From: an uncultured Phycisphaerales bacterium
GTDB lineage: Bacteria; Planctomycetota; Phycisphaerae; Tepidisphaerales; Tepidisphaeraceae
Direction: 5' to 3'
DNA length: 64,000 nt
Assembly: GCA_963758525.1 (NCBI GenBank)
Contig: CAVWVQ010000003.1
Location: forward strand, 4,064,001-4,128,000
Shown: positions 33,654-44,105 of the stretch, one piece after another
Numbering within the stretch: the stretch's first letter is position 1
Layout of the letters: each line of letters begins with the position of its first letter
The notes under the pieces: model-generated
Database searches by the model: none
What the model was told of the DNA's origin: nothing
Seen by the model: the letters and a program-made list of their open reading frames with translations, nothing else
Position numbers and translations under genes: made by a program

Positions 33654-34352
33654 ATGAAAAAAATCAACGTGCTTATCGTTGATGGTCGGAAGCTGGCGAG
33701 GGAAGGCGTTGTCGCACTGCTGAAGCACCAGGACATTCGAGTCGTCGGCGAAGCGGGTGAAGTGCAGGACGCTGCAAGGCTGATCAGTCCCCTGCGGGTG
33801 CAGGTCGCCGTGCTCAATGTTGGGCCGTCGCCGCATCTGCCGGCCGCGGCTGTCAGCCATCTGGTGGCGGCGCATCCTGGCGTTCGCGTGATCGTATTGG
33901 CGTGGAGCATTTCGGCGCGGGGTATGCGCGAGCTGCTCAAGGCTGGCGCCGCGGGGTGCTTGACGCGTGAATGCACTTCAGAAGAGCTGATCGCTGCCAT
34001 CCGAACGGTTGCCGCGGGGAAGCTGTATCTGAGCCCCCAACTCACGGACGTGATGATTGAGGGCTACGTCACTAATGACCGGGCGCATCGCGCGCTGCGG
34101 CCGCTGGCGCCGCGTGAGGTGGAAATTCTCCGTCGCATTTCCTCGGGGCAAACCACCAAGGAGATCGCCCATGCGCTGGAGGTGAGTTCGAAAACGGTTG
34201 AAACCCATCGTCGTCGCATCATGATTAAATTGGATTTGCATTCGGTCGCGGAATTAACGCAATATGCGGTAATGGAAGGATTAATCCCTTTCACAGTCGG
34301 GGTATCATCTGTTGCTCTGCGCGAAGCAGCGACAGAACAGTCGCGGCATTAA
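33654..34352 (+). CDS. NarL/LuxR-family response regulator with an atypical receiver domain
   Basis: LAPREVEIL..GQTTKEIA..SSKTVETHR HTH; the receiver has IVDG and VLNV where DD and the phosphoacceptor D are expected. Confidence 0.88.
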   Translation: MKKINVLIVDGRKLAREGVVALLKHQDIRVVGEAGEVQDAARLISPLRVQVAVLNVGPSPHLPAAAVSHLVAAHPGVRVIVLAWSISARGMRELLKAGAAGCLTRECTSEELIAAIRTVAAGKLYLSPQLTDVMIEGYVTNDRAHRALRPLAPREVEILRRISSGQTTKEIAHALEVSSKTVETHRRRIMIKLDLHSVAELTQYAVMEGLIPFTVGVSSVALREAATEQSRH

Positions 34353-34384
34353 CAGTATCAGTGCGAACGGCCGATCACTAGAGC

Positions 34385-36193
34385 ATGTCCTTCAGCAGTT
34401 CGTGCCGATTCCACCGCCGTGTGCTCTCCTATTATTGGCCGCACTGGCCACTGCTGGCGGTCTGGTTGCTTCTGATCGGTGTATCGACCGGTGTTGGGCT
34501 TTTGACAGCCTGGCCCATGGCAATCTTAGTGGACGGCGTGCTGTCGCCGCTGGCCAGCGGTGACCGGATCCATCAACTGGTGCTCGCGATTTTGCCGGCC
34601 AGCAAGGCAGGAAAGATCATCGGGCTGGGTGGCATCACCCTCGCGCTCAAGCTGCTTGCGGACTTGATTGGCACGGCACAATCCATCGTCTCCAACCAGA
34701 TCAGTTACTCTGGACTGATCAGCGTCCGCTGCGATGTTTACCGAAAGCTGCAATCGCTCTGTCTCGCCTATCACCATAGCCGGCCGCAGGGCGATGCGAT
34801 TTATCGGCTCAGCAACGACACGCAGGGTTGCCAGACTATTTTAAGTCTGCTGGTTTCCGCGCTCACGGCCGCCGTCACCCTGCTTGCGATGCTTTTTGTA
34901 CTGGGCACCCGGAGCTGGCGATTGACCGCCGTCGCTTTCTCCATCGCGCCTTTTCTAGCGGGGGCCAACTTCATCTTCGCGCGACGATTCAACCAGCGCA
35001 CGGTCGCCTGCCGCGAGGTTGATTCGAGATTCATGACGGCGGTTCAGCGGTCGATCGGGTCGATTCGCCTCGTGCAGGCATTCGCCCGCGAAGACGAAGA
35101 GTTCCAGCAGTTTCGCGGGACCATTAACGATACGATCGCAGCCTGGTGGAGTCTGAACCGCGAACAGTTTCTGTACAACCTCATCGTCGGAGCGCTGTTT
35201 GGCATCGGCGGGGCAATGATCTTCGGTTATGGGGGATTTCTTGTCGTTCGCGGGTCATTGTCGCTTGGCGATCTGCTGGTGTTCACCAGTTACCTCGGCA
35301 TGCTGTGGGGCCCGCTGTGCCAATTGACGGGATTCAGCGCCAGCGTGCAATCGGGCGCTGCCTGTGCGACTCGCGTCTTTGAAATTCTCGACAGTGATCC
35401 CGTCATCGCCGACTTGCCCAATGCCATTCCGCTGCCGCCCAAGCTTCGCCGGCTCGAACTGGACGGAGTCACGTTTGGTTATGACCCGCAAAGGCCGGTA
35501 CTGCGCGAGGTGTCGTTGGCGATCGAACCGGGGCAACTGGTCGCCTTCGTCGGCGCCAGCGGCGTCGGCAAGAGCACCCTGCTGAATCTCCTGCCGCGTT
35601 TTTACGATCCAACGCAAGGCAGCATCCGCCTGGATGGAACGGATCTGCGCAACCTGCGAATAAAAGATCTCCGGAAAAACGTCGCGCTGGTGCTGCAGGA
35701 TTCGGTGATTCTCCCGACCAGCATCGCGGAAAACATCAGCTATGGCCGCGCCAACGCCACGCGCGATCAGATCAATGCTGCTGCGGATATGGCTGGCGCG
35801 ACAGAATTCATCGAGCAGATGGAGAACGGCTTCGACACAACAATCGCGGAAGGTGGCGTGAATCTTTCCGGGGGCCAGCGGCAGCGCCTCGCCATCGCCC
35901 GCGCGCTGGTCACCGAGGCGCCGTTTATCCTGTTGGATGAGCCAACCAGTGCTCTCGATCCGCACCACGAACGGCTGATCACAAAGTTGCTTTCATCGCT
36001 CAAACGATGCCGCACCGTGATCGTCGTCACCCACCGTTTAAGCACCACCATCGCCTGCGATCAAATCTTCGCCATGCAGAGCGGACGCATCATCCAGCGC
36101 GGCAACTACTGGAGCTTGATCCAACAGCCCGGCCTGTTTTGTGATATGGCTGCCGACCAACTCAGCGGCGACATTCTTTCCAAAGCCGGGTGA
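34385..36193 (+). CDS. ABC exporter, fused TM and ATPase (MsbA/MdlB-like)
   Basis: GASGVGKS, LSGGQRQR and LLDEPTSALD motifs. Confidence 0.93.
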   Translation: MSFSSSCRFHRRVLSYYWPHWPLLAVWLLLIGVSTGVGLLTAWPMAILVDGVLSPLASGDRIHQLVLAILPASKAGKIIGLGGITLALKLLADLIGTAQSIVSNQISYSGLISVRCDVYRKLQSLCLAYHHSRPQGDAIYRLSNDTQGCQTILSLLVSALTAAVTLLAMLFVLGTRSWRLTAVAFSIAPFLAGANFIFARRFNQRTVACREVDSRFMTAVQRSIGSIRLVQAFAREDEEFQQFRGTINDTIAAWWSLNREQFLYNLIVGALFGIGGAMIFGYGGFLVVRGSLSLGDLLVFTSYLGMLWGPLCQLTGFSASVQSGAACATRVFEILDSDPVIADLPNAIPLPPKLRRLELDGVTFGYDPQRPVLREVSLAIEPGQLVAFVGASGVGKSTLLNLLPRFYDPTQGSIRLDGTDLRNLRIKDLRKNVALVLQDSVILPTSIAENISYGRANATRDQINAAADMAGATEFIEQMENGFDTTIAEGGVNLSGGQRQRLAIARALVTEAPFILLDEPTSALDPHHERLITKLLSSLKRCRTVIVVTHRLSTTIACDQIFAMQSGRIIQRGNYWSLIQQPGLFCDMAADQLSGDILSKAG

Positions 36194-36433
36194 CTTGCGA
36201 CGAGACTCGGGTTGTGCCCCAGGCTCATGGATGGCGCGCCTTTTCGGAGCCGTCCGTCGTTTTTCCTTACAACACTGTCAGCATTCAAGAGCAGCCACCT
36301 CGCCGCAGCTTTCCCGTAGCTCATCATAACGCCATTTCCAAGGGCATTTCCTTACAAGCTTGAAGAACTGGGCACATCGGGAAATGCCCCCGACCCGGTT
36401 CGCAGGTACACGTTTTGAGGTGCGTTTGGCGGC

Positions 36434-37552
36434 ATGAGCACACGCATTCTCATTACCGGCGGAGCGGGTTTCATCGGTTCCCACCTGGCTGATGAACTTC
36501 TCAAACACGGCTACCGCGTCCGCGCGCTGGACAATCTCTCGCCGCAGGTGCATGGACCGGAGCAGCGGCGCCCCGAGTATCTGACCGATGATGTCGAGCT
36601 GATCGTCGGCGACGTCCGCGATCCGCAAACGGTGGAGCGATCTCTCGTTGGTGCCGACGCCGTCTATCATCTCGCGGCCGCGGTGGGCGTCGGGCAGAGC
36701 ATGTATGAAGTCGCCGGCTACACCGCCATCAACAATCTGGGCACGGCCGTTCTGCTCGAAGCGCTGATCAAGCATCCGGTGCAGCGGCTGATCGTGGCCT
36801 CAAGCATGAGTATCTATGGCGAGGGGCTGTACCGCGATTCCAATGGCAATCGAATCGGCGGCGCGGAGCGCGGGCTCGATCAACTGAAAAACCACCAGTG
36901 GGAACTGCGTCGTTCGAATCATGAAGTTCTCTCGCCGGTTCCGACGCCGGAATGGAAACAGCCAAGTCTTGCAAGCATCTATGCGCTGTCGAAGTTCGAT
37001 CAGGAGCGGATGGCCCTGATTGTCGGACGGGCGTACGGCATACCGACGGTCGCGCTGAGATTCTTCAATGTTTTCGGCACCCGCCAGGCGCTGAGCAACC
37101 CCTACACTGGGGTCCTCGCGATCTTCGCCTCGCGACTTTTGAACGATCGAGCGCCGGTCATTTTTGAAGACGGGCTGCAACAGCGGGATTTCGTGCACGT
37201 GTCGGACCTCGTGCATGGCTGCCGCCTTGCGATGGAAGTCCCTGACGCCGTCGGCCGCGCCATCAATATCGGCAGCGGTCAGCCGCGCACCGTGCAGCAG
37301 GTTGCGCGAAAGATCGCGTCTGCCATGGGCAGGGAACACATCGAACCGGAGATTTCCGGGAAGTATCGCGTCGGCGACATCCGTCACTGCTTTGCCGACA
37401 TCGGGTTGGCCCGGCGAATGCTGGGCTATGAGCCCAGGGTCAATTTCGACTCGGGCCTCATCGAGCTTGTGCAATGGCTCCAGGGGCAGCACGCGCAGGA
37501 TTCGGTGGAACAGGCGGGATTGGAACTGGTTCGGCGCGGCTTGGCGATTTGA
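36434..37552 (+). CDS. NAD-dependent epimerase/dehydratase
   Basis: TGGAGFIGSH and YALSK motifs. Confidence 0.93.
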   Translation: MSTRILITGGAGFIGSHLADELLKHGYRVRALDNLSPQVHGPEQRRPEYLTDDVELIVGDVRDPQTVERSLVGADAVYHLAAAVGVGQSMYEVAGYTAINNLGTAVLLEALIKHPVQRLIVASSMSIYGEGLYRDSNGNRIGGAERGLDQLKNHQWELRRSNHEVLSPVPTPEWKQPSLASIYALSKFDQERMALIVGRAYGIPTVALRFFNVFGTRQALSNPYTGVLAIFASRLLNDRAPVIFEDGLQQRDFVHVSDLVHGCRLAMEVPDAVGRAINIGSGQPRTVQQVARKIASAMGREHIEPEISGKYRVGDIRHCFADIGLARRMLGYEPRVNFDSGLIELVQWLQGQHAQDSVEQAGLELVRRGLAI

Positions 37553-37587
37553 ACGTTTGGACATCAATTCTTCGTGTGGACGATGCA

Positions 37588-39735
37588 ATGATTAAACGGC
37601 GTAACAGCAACGGGAAACCAACGCGGCAGTCTCCGCAAGCCCACGCGGGGCGCAAAAGCGGGAGGCTGGGCGTGCTCGAATGGTTCCGCATGGGTGAGCA
37701 TGATCGCGTGGACGAGGTGCTCGATGAGCTGCAAACGCTGGGCGTGAAGGAATTGCGGACCGGCGTCTCCTGGGCCGACGCCTGCACTCCCGAGGGGGAT
37801 GCGTGGTACGCCTGGCTGCTGCCGCAACTGGCGCGGCGTGTGAACGTGCTTCCCTGCCTTGTCGACACGCCTCCCGGTTGGGGCGCGGCGCCGAAAACCA
37901 GCGCTCCGCCAGGCAACCTCAAAAGCTACGCCGATTTCCTGGACATCCTGATCACCCGCCACGGGAAACATTTCGAGTGGATCGAACTATGGAATGAGCC
38001 GAACGATCCACGCAAATGGGACGCGGAGTTGGATCCATACTGGATCAAGTTCAGCGAGATGATCGGCAACGCCGCCCACTGGGCGCGCCAACGGGGCAAA
38101 AAAGCAGTCCTGGGCGGCATGCGGCCGATCGATCCGAACTGGCTCCGCCTGATGGGCGAACGCAATCTGCTCCAATACATCGATGCGGTAGGCATTCATG
38201 CCTTCCCCGGCGCCACTGACGCGGGATGGGACGGTTGGGGTCCCCAGGTGCAGCGCGTCCGCGAAGTGCTTTGTTCTTTCAACCAGGACGCTCAAGTGTG
38301 GATCACCGAAACCGGTTACTCCACATGGAGGCACGATGAGCGGCGCCAGCTTACCGCGTTGGTTGATGCGATCGATGCCCCCGTGGAGCGAGTCTATTGG
38401 TACGGCCTGAGCGATCTCAATCCCCGCGTCGCTACCGGCGACGGTTTCCATGCGGATGAGCGCGATTATCATTTTGGCCTCAAAGGCGCCGATGGGCGCG
38501 AGAAACTGCTCTATCGCCTTTGGGCTTCTGACGGGCTCGATGCGGTGCGCGACGCCTACTGGCTCGGGAAATCCGCGTACGTCGGCGCGGGCACCGATCG
38601 TCCCGTGCTCATCACCGGCGGCAGCGGATTCATCGGAACGAACCTCGCGCACCGCATCATGTCCAGCGGTCAGAGCGTCCTGATCTTCGATAACCTTTCG
38701 CGCCCCGGGGTGGAAAGAAACCTCGCCTGGCTGCGCAAACGCCATCCCGATCTGATGCGCGTGGAAGCCGCTGACGTGCGCGATCCGCATGTGCTCCGCG
38801 CGGCGGTCAACCGCGCCAGCGCAGTCTTCCACTTCGCCGCCCAGGTGGCCGTCACCACTTCACTGGTCAACGCGGTGCATGATTTCGAGGTCAACGCCCG
38901 CGGAGCCCTGAATCTTCTCGAATCGCTCCGCGCCCAGGACAACCCGCCGCCACTGGTGTTCACGAGCACCAACAAGGTCTACGGCGGACTTCCCGACGTC
39001 GCCATGCGCGCCGCGGGCCAACGCTACGAACCCGTAGATGACCAGATCCGCGCGAGCGGCATCAGCGAAGCCCGGCCGTTGGATTTCCATAGCCCCTATG
39101 GATGTTCAAAAGGTTCGGCCGACCAGTACGTGATTGATTACGCCCGCACCTTTGGGCTGCCGGCGGCGGTGTTCCGCATGAGCTGCATCTATGGGCCGCA
39201 CCAGTGCGGCAATGAAGACCAGGGTTGGGTGGCCCACTTCCTGATCCGTGCGCTGGCCGAGGATCCGATCACGATCTACGGCGACGGCATGCAGGTGCGC
39301 GATCTGCTTTTTGTTGATGATCTGGTCAATGCGTTCCTGCTGGCTCAAGCGAGTATGCCGACGATCTCCGGCCAGGCATTCAACATCGGCGGCGGGGCTT
39401 CGAACAGCATCAGTCTGTTGGAGTTGCTCGATCTGATCGAGCAGCTCAATGGCCGCCGCCCCAGGGTGCGATTCAGCGCCTGGCGGCCGGGCGACCAGCG
39501 CTACTACGTATCCAATACGGCCAAGATGCACAACGCCACCGGGTGGAGCCCACGGCTCGATGTGCGCGCGGGCATTGGCCGGCTCAATGATTGGTTCAGG
39601 GCAAAGGTCGCTCCGCGCCAGCGAAAAGCGTTGCCGATGGCGGCGCTGCCCGGCCAGAACGCGTGGGGAGAAGACGGCGCCCCGGCGATGCAGGATCGCA
39701 GCCGGCGGCTGGCGGCGCAGGAGGATGCCCCATGA
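37588..39735 (+). CDS. Clan GH-A glycoside hydrolase-like domain fused to a CDP-tyvelose-epimerase-like SDR
   Basis: WNEPN and WITETG in the N-terminal half; TGGSGFIG, STNKVYG and PYGCSKG in the C-terminal half. Confidence 0.88.
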   Translation: MIKRRNSNGKPTRQSPQAHAGRKSGRLGVLEWFRMGEHDRVDEVLDELQTLGVKELRTGVSWADACTPEGDAWYAWLLPQLARRVNVLPCLVDTPPGWGAAPKTSAPPGNLKSYADFLDILITRHGKHFEWIELWNEPNDPRKWDAELDPYWIKFSEMIGNAAHWARQRGKKAVLGGMRPIDPNWLRLMGERNLLQYIDAVGIHAFPGATDAGWDGWGPQVQRVREVLCSFNQDAQVWITETGYSTWRHDERRQLTALVDAIDAPVERVYWYGLSDLNPRVATGDGFHADERDYHFGLKGADGREKLLYRLWASDGLDAVRDAYWLGKSAYVGAGTDRPVLITGGSGFIGTNLAHRIMSSGQSVLIFDNLSRPGVERNLAWLRKRHPDLMRVEAADVRDPHVLRAAVNRASAVFHFAAQVAVTTSLVNAVHDFEVNARGALNLLESLRAQDNPPPLVFTSTNKVYGGLPDVAMRAAGQRYEPVDDQIRASGISEARPLDFHSPYGCSKGSADQYVIDYARTFGLPAAVFRMSCIYGPHQCGNEDQGWVAHFLIRALAEDPITIYGDGMQVRDLLFVDDLVNAFLLAQASMPTISGQAFNIGGGASNSISLLELLDLIEQLNGRRPRVRFSAWRPGDQRYYVSNTAKMHNATGWSPRLDVRAGIGRLNDWFRAKVAPRQRKALPMAALPGQNAWGEDGAPAMQDRSRRLAAQEDAP

Positions 39736-40751
39736 CGTTGCTGCAAGACGCCCCCGTCTCGACTGACACACAGACCATGCGCGCCGCCGTGATTGCCGCG
39801 CCGCGGCGGCTTGAGATTGTGCAGGTCCCACTCCCCACGCCTGGCCCCAATCAAGTGCGCGTGCGGCTACAAGGCTGCGGCGTTTGTGCTTCAAACATTC
39901 CGCCTTGGGAGGGCAGGCCGTGGTTCAGCTACCCTATGCCACCCGGGTCGCTGGGGCATGAAGGGTGGGGAATCATCGATGCTCTGGGGGATGGCGTGAC
40001 GAAATTTACCGTCGGCGATCGCATCGCATTTTTGTCCGATCGTGCCTATGCCGAATGCGAGCTTGTGCCATTCAACAAAGCCCTCCTGCTTCCCGCATCA
40101 CTTGCAACGACGCCCTTTCCCGGCGAGCCGCTTGGCTGCGCGATGAACATCTTCCGCCGCTGCGAAATCAAGCAAGGGCAAAACGTCGCCATCATTGGGA
40201 TCGGCTTCCTCGGCGCGCTGCTCGTCCAATTGGCTAAAGATGCCGGCGCCCGGGTCATCGCGATCTCCAGACGACGCTGGGCCGTTGATCTGGCGGGCAC
40301 ACTTGGCGCGGATGAGTCAATCCAGCTCGATGAGCAATGGAAAGTCGTCCGTCGCGTCGCTGAGTTAACCGGCGGAAGCGGCGGGTACGACGTGAAAGGG
40401 TTCTGCGATTGCGTCATCGAATGCGCGGGCAAGCAGGAAGCGATCGATCTGGCGGGTGAACTCTGCGGTGTTCGCGGTCGGCTCGTGATTGCAGGTTATC
40501 ACCAGGATGGGCTTCGGCAGGTCAACATGCAGCTCTGGAACTGGCGCGGGCTGGACGTGATCAATGCCCACGAGCGGGAAGAATCCGTTTATCTCCGGGG
40601 AATCAGCGACGCGATCGAGGCCGTGAAAACCGGCCGCCTCGATCCATGCATGCTGTACACCCACACGTTTGCGTTGGAGCAGCTCGGTGAAGCCCTCGAC
40701 ATGGCGCAGGCGCGGCCGGACGGATTCGTCAAAGCCTTGATCTCGTTTTGA
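39732..40751 (+). CDS. Zinc-binding (MDR) dehydrogenase
   Basis: GVCASN, GHEGWG and GIGFLG motifs; ATG overlaps the upstream TGA. Confidence 0.9.
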   Translation: MTLLQDAPVSTDTQTMRAAVIAAPRRLEIVQVPLPTPGPNQVRVRLQGCGVCASNIPPWEGRPWFSYPMPPGSLGHEGWGIIDALGDGVTKFTVGDRIAFLSDRAYAECELVPFNKALLLPASLATTPFPGEPLGCAMNIFRRCEIKQGQNVAIIGIGFLGALLVQLAKDAGARVIAISRRRWAVDLAGTLGADESIQLDEQWKVVRRVAELTGGSGGYDVKGFCDCVIECAGKQEAIDLAGELCGVRGRLVIAGYHQDGLRQVNMQLWNWRGLDVINAHEREESVYLRGISDAIEAVKTGRLDPCMLYTHTFALEQLGEALDMAQARPDGFVKALISF

Positions 40752-40761
40752 TTTCTGAAAG

Positions 40762-41883
40762 ATGATGATGCGCATTTTGCTCACAACAGACACAGTCGGC
40801 GGAGTGTGGACCTACACCACAGATCTGGCCCGCGCGCTGCAGAGGCACGACGTGGAGATCGCTCTGGCGGCCATGGGTGGCCCGCTTTCCGAGGGGCAAC
40901 GCAGGCAGATCGATCTGTTGCCCCACGTGCGTCTGCATGAAAGCGATTTCAAGCTCGAATGGATGGACGATCCGTGGGACGACGTGCGACGGGCGGGGGA
41001 GTGGCTGTTGGAAATAGAGCGCGAATTTCAGCCGGATCTCGTCCATCTCAACGATTTCTCGCATGGCGCCCTGGACTTTTCGACGCCCGTGCTGGTGGTG
41101 GGACACTCGTGCGTGCTTTCGTGGTGGCAAGCATGTAAAGGCGAATCGGCGCCCGCGCGGTGGAATCATTATCGCCAGGCCGTGACGGACGGACTGCACG
41201 GCGCTGATCTGGTCGTTGCCCCAACGCACGCGATGCTGCGCGCTCTCGAGCGACACTATGGACCGCTGCCGCGCCGTTGCGTGATTGCCAACGGACGATG
41301 CGGTGAACCATTTGCAACCACGACCCCCAAGGAGCCGTTGATATTATCCGCCGGGCGCATGTGGGACGAAGCGAAGAACGTCGCCACGCTGCAATCGATC
41401 GCCGGACAATTGCCCTGGCCTGTTTTCATTGCGGGTGATCATCGCCATCCGAACGGGCAACGGGCCAGCGGTCGAGCGGCGAACTTCCTCGGCAGACTCA
41501 ACGAAGGCGCCTTGGCGGCCTGGTACGGCCGAGCGGCGATTTACACCTTGCCGGCGCGGTATGAGCCGTTTGGATTGTCGGTCCTGGAAGCGGCGCTCTC
41601 GGGATGCGCGCTGGTGCTGGGCGACATCGCCAGTCTGCGCGAAAACTGGGATGACGCCGCCGTTTTCGTTCCACCGAGCGACGCGAGAGCGCTGAAGGCG
41701 GCGATTGAACGTCTCATCGCGGATTCCGACCGCCGGGCGCACTTCGCGCAAGCCGGCAAACGCCGGGCTGCACGATTCTCCGCCGAATCTTTCGGCGCCG
41801 CCTGCCTCGCGGCTTACAGGCAACTGATCGAGTCCAATCGCACCCCAACGACCAGCAGACGGGCTATCGCATGCGCATCGTGA
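40762..41883 (+). CDS. GT4 glycosyltransferase
   Basis: DTVGGVWTY and YEPFGLSVLEAA motifs. Confidence 0.92.
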   Translation: MMMRILLTTDTVGGVWTYTTDLARALQRHDVEIALAAMGGPLSEGQRRQIDLLPHVRLHESDFKLEWMDDPWDDVRRAGEWLLEIEREFQPDLVHLNDFSHGALDFSTPVLVVGHSCVLSWWQACKGESAPARWNHYRQAVTDGLHGADLVVAPTHAMLRALERHYGPLPRRCVIANGRCGEPFATTTPKEPLILSAGRMWDEAKNVATLQSIAGQLPWPVFIAGDHRHPNGQRASGRAANFLGRLNEGALAAWYGRAAIYTLPARYEPFGLSVLEAALSGCALVLGDIASLRENWDDAAVFVPPSDARALKAAIERLIADSDRRAHFAQAGKRRAARFSAESFGAACLAAYRQLIESNRTPTTSRRAIACAS

Positions 41884-43004
41884 TGTTCTACCACTCGCTT
41901 TTGTCCGACTGGAATCATGGCAACGCCCATTTCCTGCGCGGCATCGCCACTGAATTACTCGCCCGCGGCCATGACGTCCGCGTCTACGAACCCGCCGATG
42001 CCTGGAGCCTTGCGAATTTGGGAAGCGAATATGGCGGCGCGCCGATCGCCGCATTTCACCGGGAATATCCATCGCTGCGAAATGTGAGTCGGCGGTATGC
42101 CCTCCAATCAATCGATCTCAACATCGCGCTGGAGGACGCCGACCTGGTGCTGGTGCATGAATGGAATGCGCACGAACTGGTGGCGCGGATCGGCCAGCAT
42201 CGCCACGATCGTGGCGAATATACGCTGCTGTTTCACGACACGCATCACCGCGCCGTCACCGAGCCCGCAGCGATGGGGAAATATGATCTCACGCATTACG
42301 ACGGCGTGCTGGCCTTTGGGCGAGTGCTTCGCGATTTGTATCTCCAGCGCGGTTGGACCGAGCGCGCCTGGATCTGGCATGAAGCTGCCGACACGCGGCT
42401 GTTCAAGCCAATTACGGGCAAGCCGTGTGAGGGCGATTTGATCTGGATTGGAAATTGGGGCGATGACGAGCGCAGCGCTGAGTTGCACGAGTTTTTGCTG
42501 AAACCCGTCAAGCAGTTGCATCTGAAAGCACGGGTGCACGGTGTGCGCTATCCGCAATGCGCCACGGACGCGCTGAACGATGCCGGTATCCGGTACGCCG
42601 GTTGGCTGGCCAACTTCGCGGCGCCGCAGGCGTTCGCACATTTCAAGGTGACGGTGCATGTTCCTCGCCGGCCTTATGTGCAAGCGTTGCCGGGCATTCC
42701 CACCATTCGCGTATTCGAAGCGATGGCGTGCGGCATTCCGCTGGTTTGCGCCCCCTGGCAGGACATTGAAGGCCTGTTCACTCCGGGGAAAGACTTCCTC
42801 GTCGCCGATGATGGCCACGCGATGAAACGGCATTTGTCGTTCCTGTTGAACGAGCCGGAAGCGGCGAAGGCCATGGCTGCGCACGGGCTGCAAACCGTTC
42901 TGTCGCGCCACACTTGTGCTCATCGGGTTGATGAATTGATGGCCATTGTGGCGGAACTTCGTGCCGCGAAATCGGCGCCGGAGGTTGCATGCGCTCCGGC
43001 CTGA
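41871..43004 (+). CDS. CgeB-like glycosyltransferase
   Basis: SDWNHGNAHFLRG and PTIRVFEAMACG motifs. Confidence 0.88.
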   Translation: MRIVMFYHSLLSDWNHGNAHFLRGIATELLARGHDVRVYEPADAWSLANLGSEYGGAPIAAFHREYPSLRNVSRRYALQSIDLNIALEDADLVLVHEWNAHELVARIGQHRHDRGEYTLLFHDTHHRAVTEPAAMGKYDLTHYDGVLAFGRVLRDLYLQRGWTERAWIWHEAADTRLFKPITGKPCEGDLIWIGNWGDDERSAELHEFLLKPVKQLHLKARVHGVRYPQCATDALNDAGIRYAGWLANFAAPQAFAHFKVTVHVPRRPYVQALPGIPTIRVFEAMACGIPLVCAPWQDIEGLFTPGKDFLVADDGHAMKRHLSFLLNEPEAAKAMAAHGLQTVLSRHTCAHRVDELMAIVAELRAAKSAPEVACAPA

Positions 43005-44103
43005 ACATCGCTTTCTTTGGATCGAGCCTCGTTTCCGCCTATTGGAACGGCGCCGCCACGTACTATCGCGGCGTCTGCAGGGCACTGCACGCGCGCGGCC
43101 ACACCGTGACGTTCTACGAATCCGATGCCTACGACCGCCAGTCGCACCGCGACATTGACGATCCGGATTACGCAACAGTCGTCGTCTATTCCGCGACCAG
43201 CACCGACGCTGTTTCGCATTGCCTGGAAGCCGCGCGCCATGCCGACCTGCTGATCAAGGCCAGTGGGAACGGCGTCTTCGACGCCATGTTAGAGGCTGCG
43301 ATTCTCGAGCAGCGAACGCGGTGCAACTTGATCGCATTCTGGGATGTCGACGCGCCGGCCACGCTTGATCGTGTGCAGTCCAATCCGCGTGACCCATTCG
43401 CGGCGCTGATCCCGCGTTACGACATGATCTTCACGTACGGCGGCGGCGAGCCTGTCGTCAACACGTACACCTCGCTCGGCGCCCGGCAATGCGTTCCGAT
43501 CTACAACGGCCTGGATCCATCGACCCACTTCCCCGCGCCTGCATCGGCGCGTTTTCGATGCGATCTCGCTTTTCTGGGAAATCGTCTTCCCGACCGGGAA
43601 GCGCGCGTGGAAGAATTCTTTCTGAAGCCCGCCGCGCGCTTGCCCGAAAAGTCGTTTCTCATCGGCGGCAACGGCTGGAGCGATAAATGCATGCCTGGCA
43701 ATGTGCATGATCTCGGCCACGTCTACACCGCCGATCACAATACCCTGAACTGTACGCCGGCGCAGTCCTGAACATCAACCGCCAGAGCATGGCGAGATAT
43801 GGGTTTTCGCCCGCGACGCGCGTCTTCGAAGCCGCTGGCGCAGGCGCTTGTCTTATCACCGATGCGTTCGAGGGCGTGGAAACATTCTTCACGCCCGGCG
43901 AAGAAATCCTGGTGGCGAGCGATGGCGAGGAAGTCGCCGATGTGCTGGCTGCGCTTGCTCCGGAGCGGGCGCGACGGATCGGGCAGGCAGCGCTGCATCG
44001 TGCGCTGAGCCAGCACACTTATGACCGGCGCGTCACATTACTGGAGCGCGCCTGCGGCCTCGCACCGGGCGCGCGCCGTTGTTCCAAGGCTTTGGCGAGT
44101 TGA
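42989..44103 (+). CDS. CgeB-like glycosyltransferase (frameshift near 43762)
   Basis: SAYWNGAATYYRG in 42989..43771; SPATRVFEAAGAG in 43789..44103. Confidence 0.85.
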
Positions 44104-44105
44104 AC

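Noticed and set aside
36403..36420. Sigma-54 promoter
   Set aside because: Reads GG-N10-GA rather than the required GG-N10-GC.
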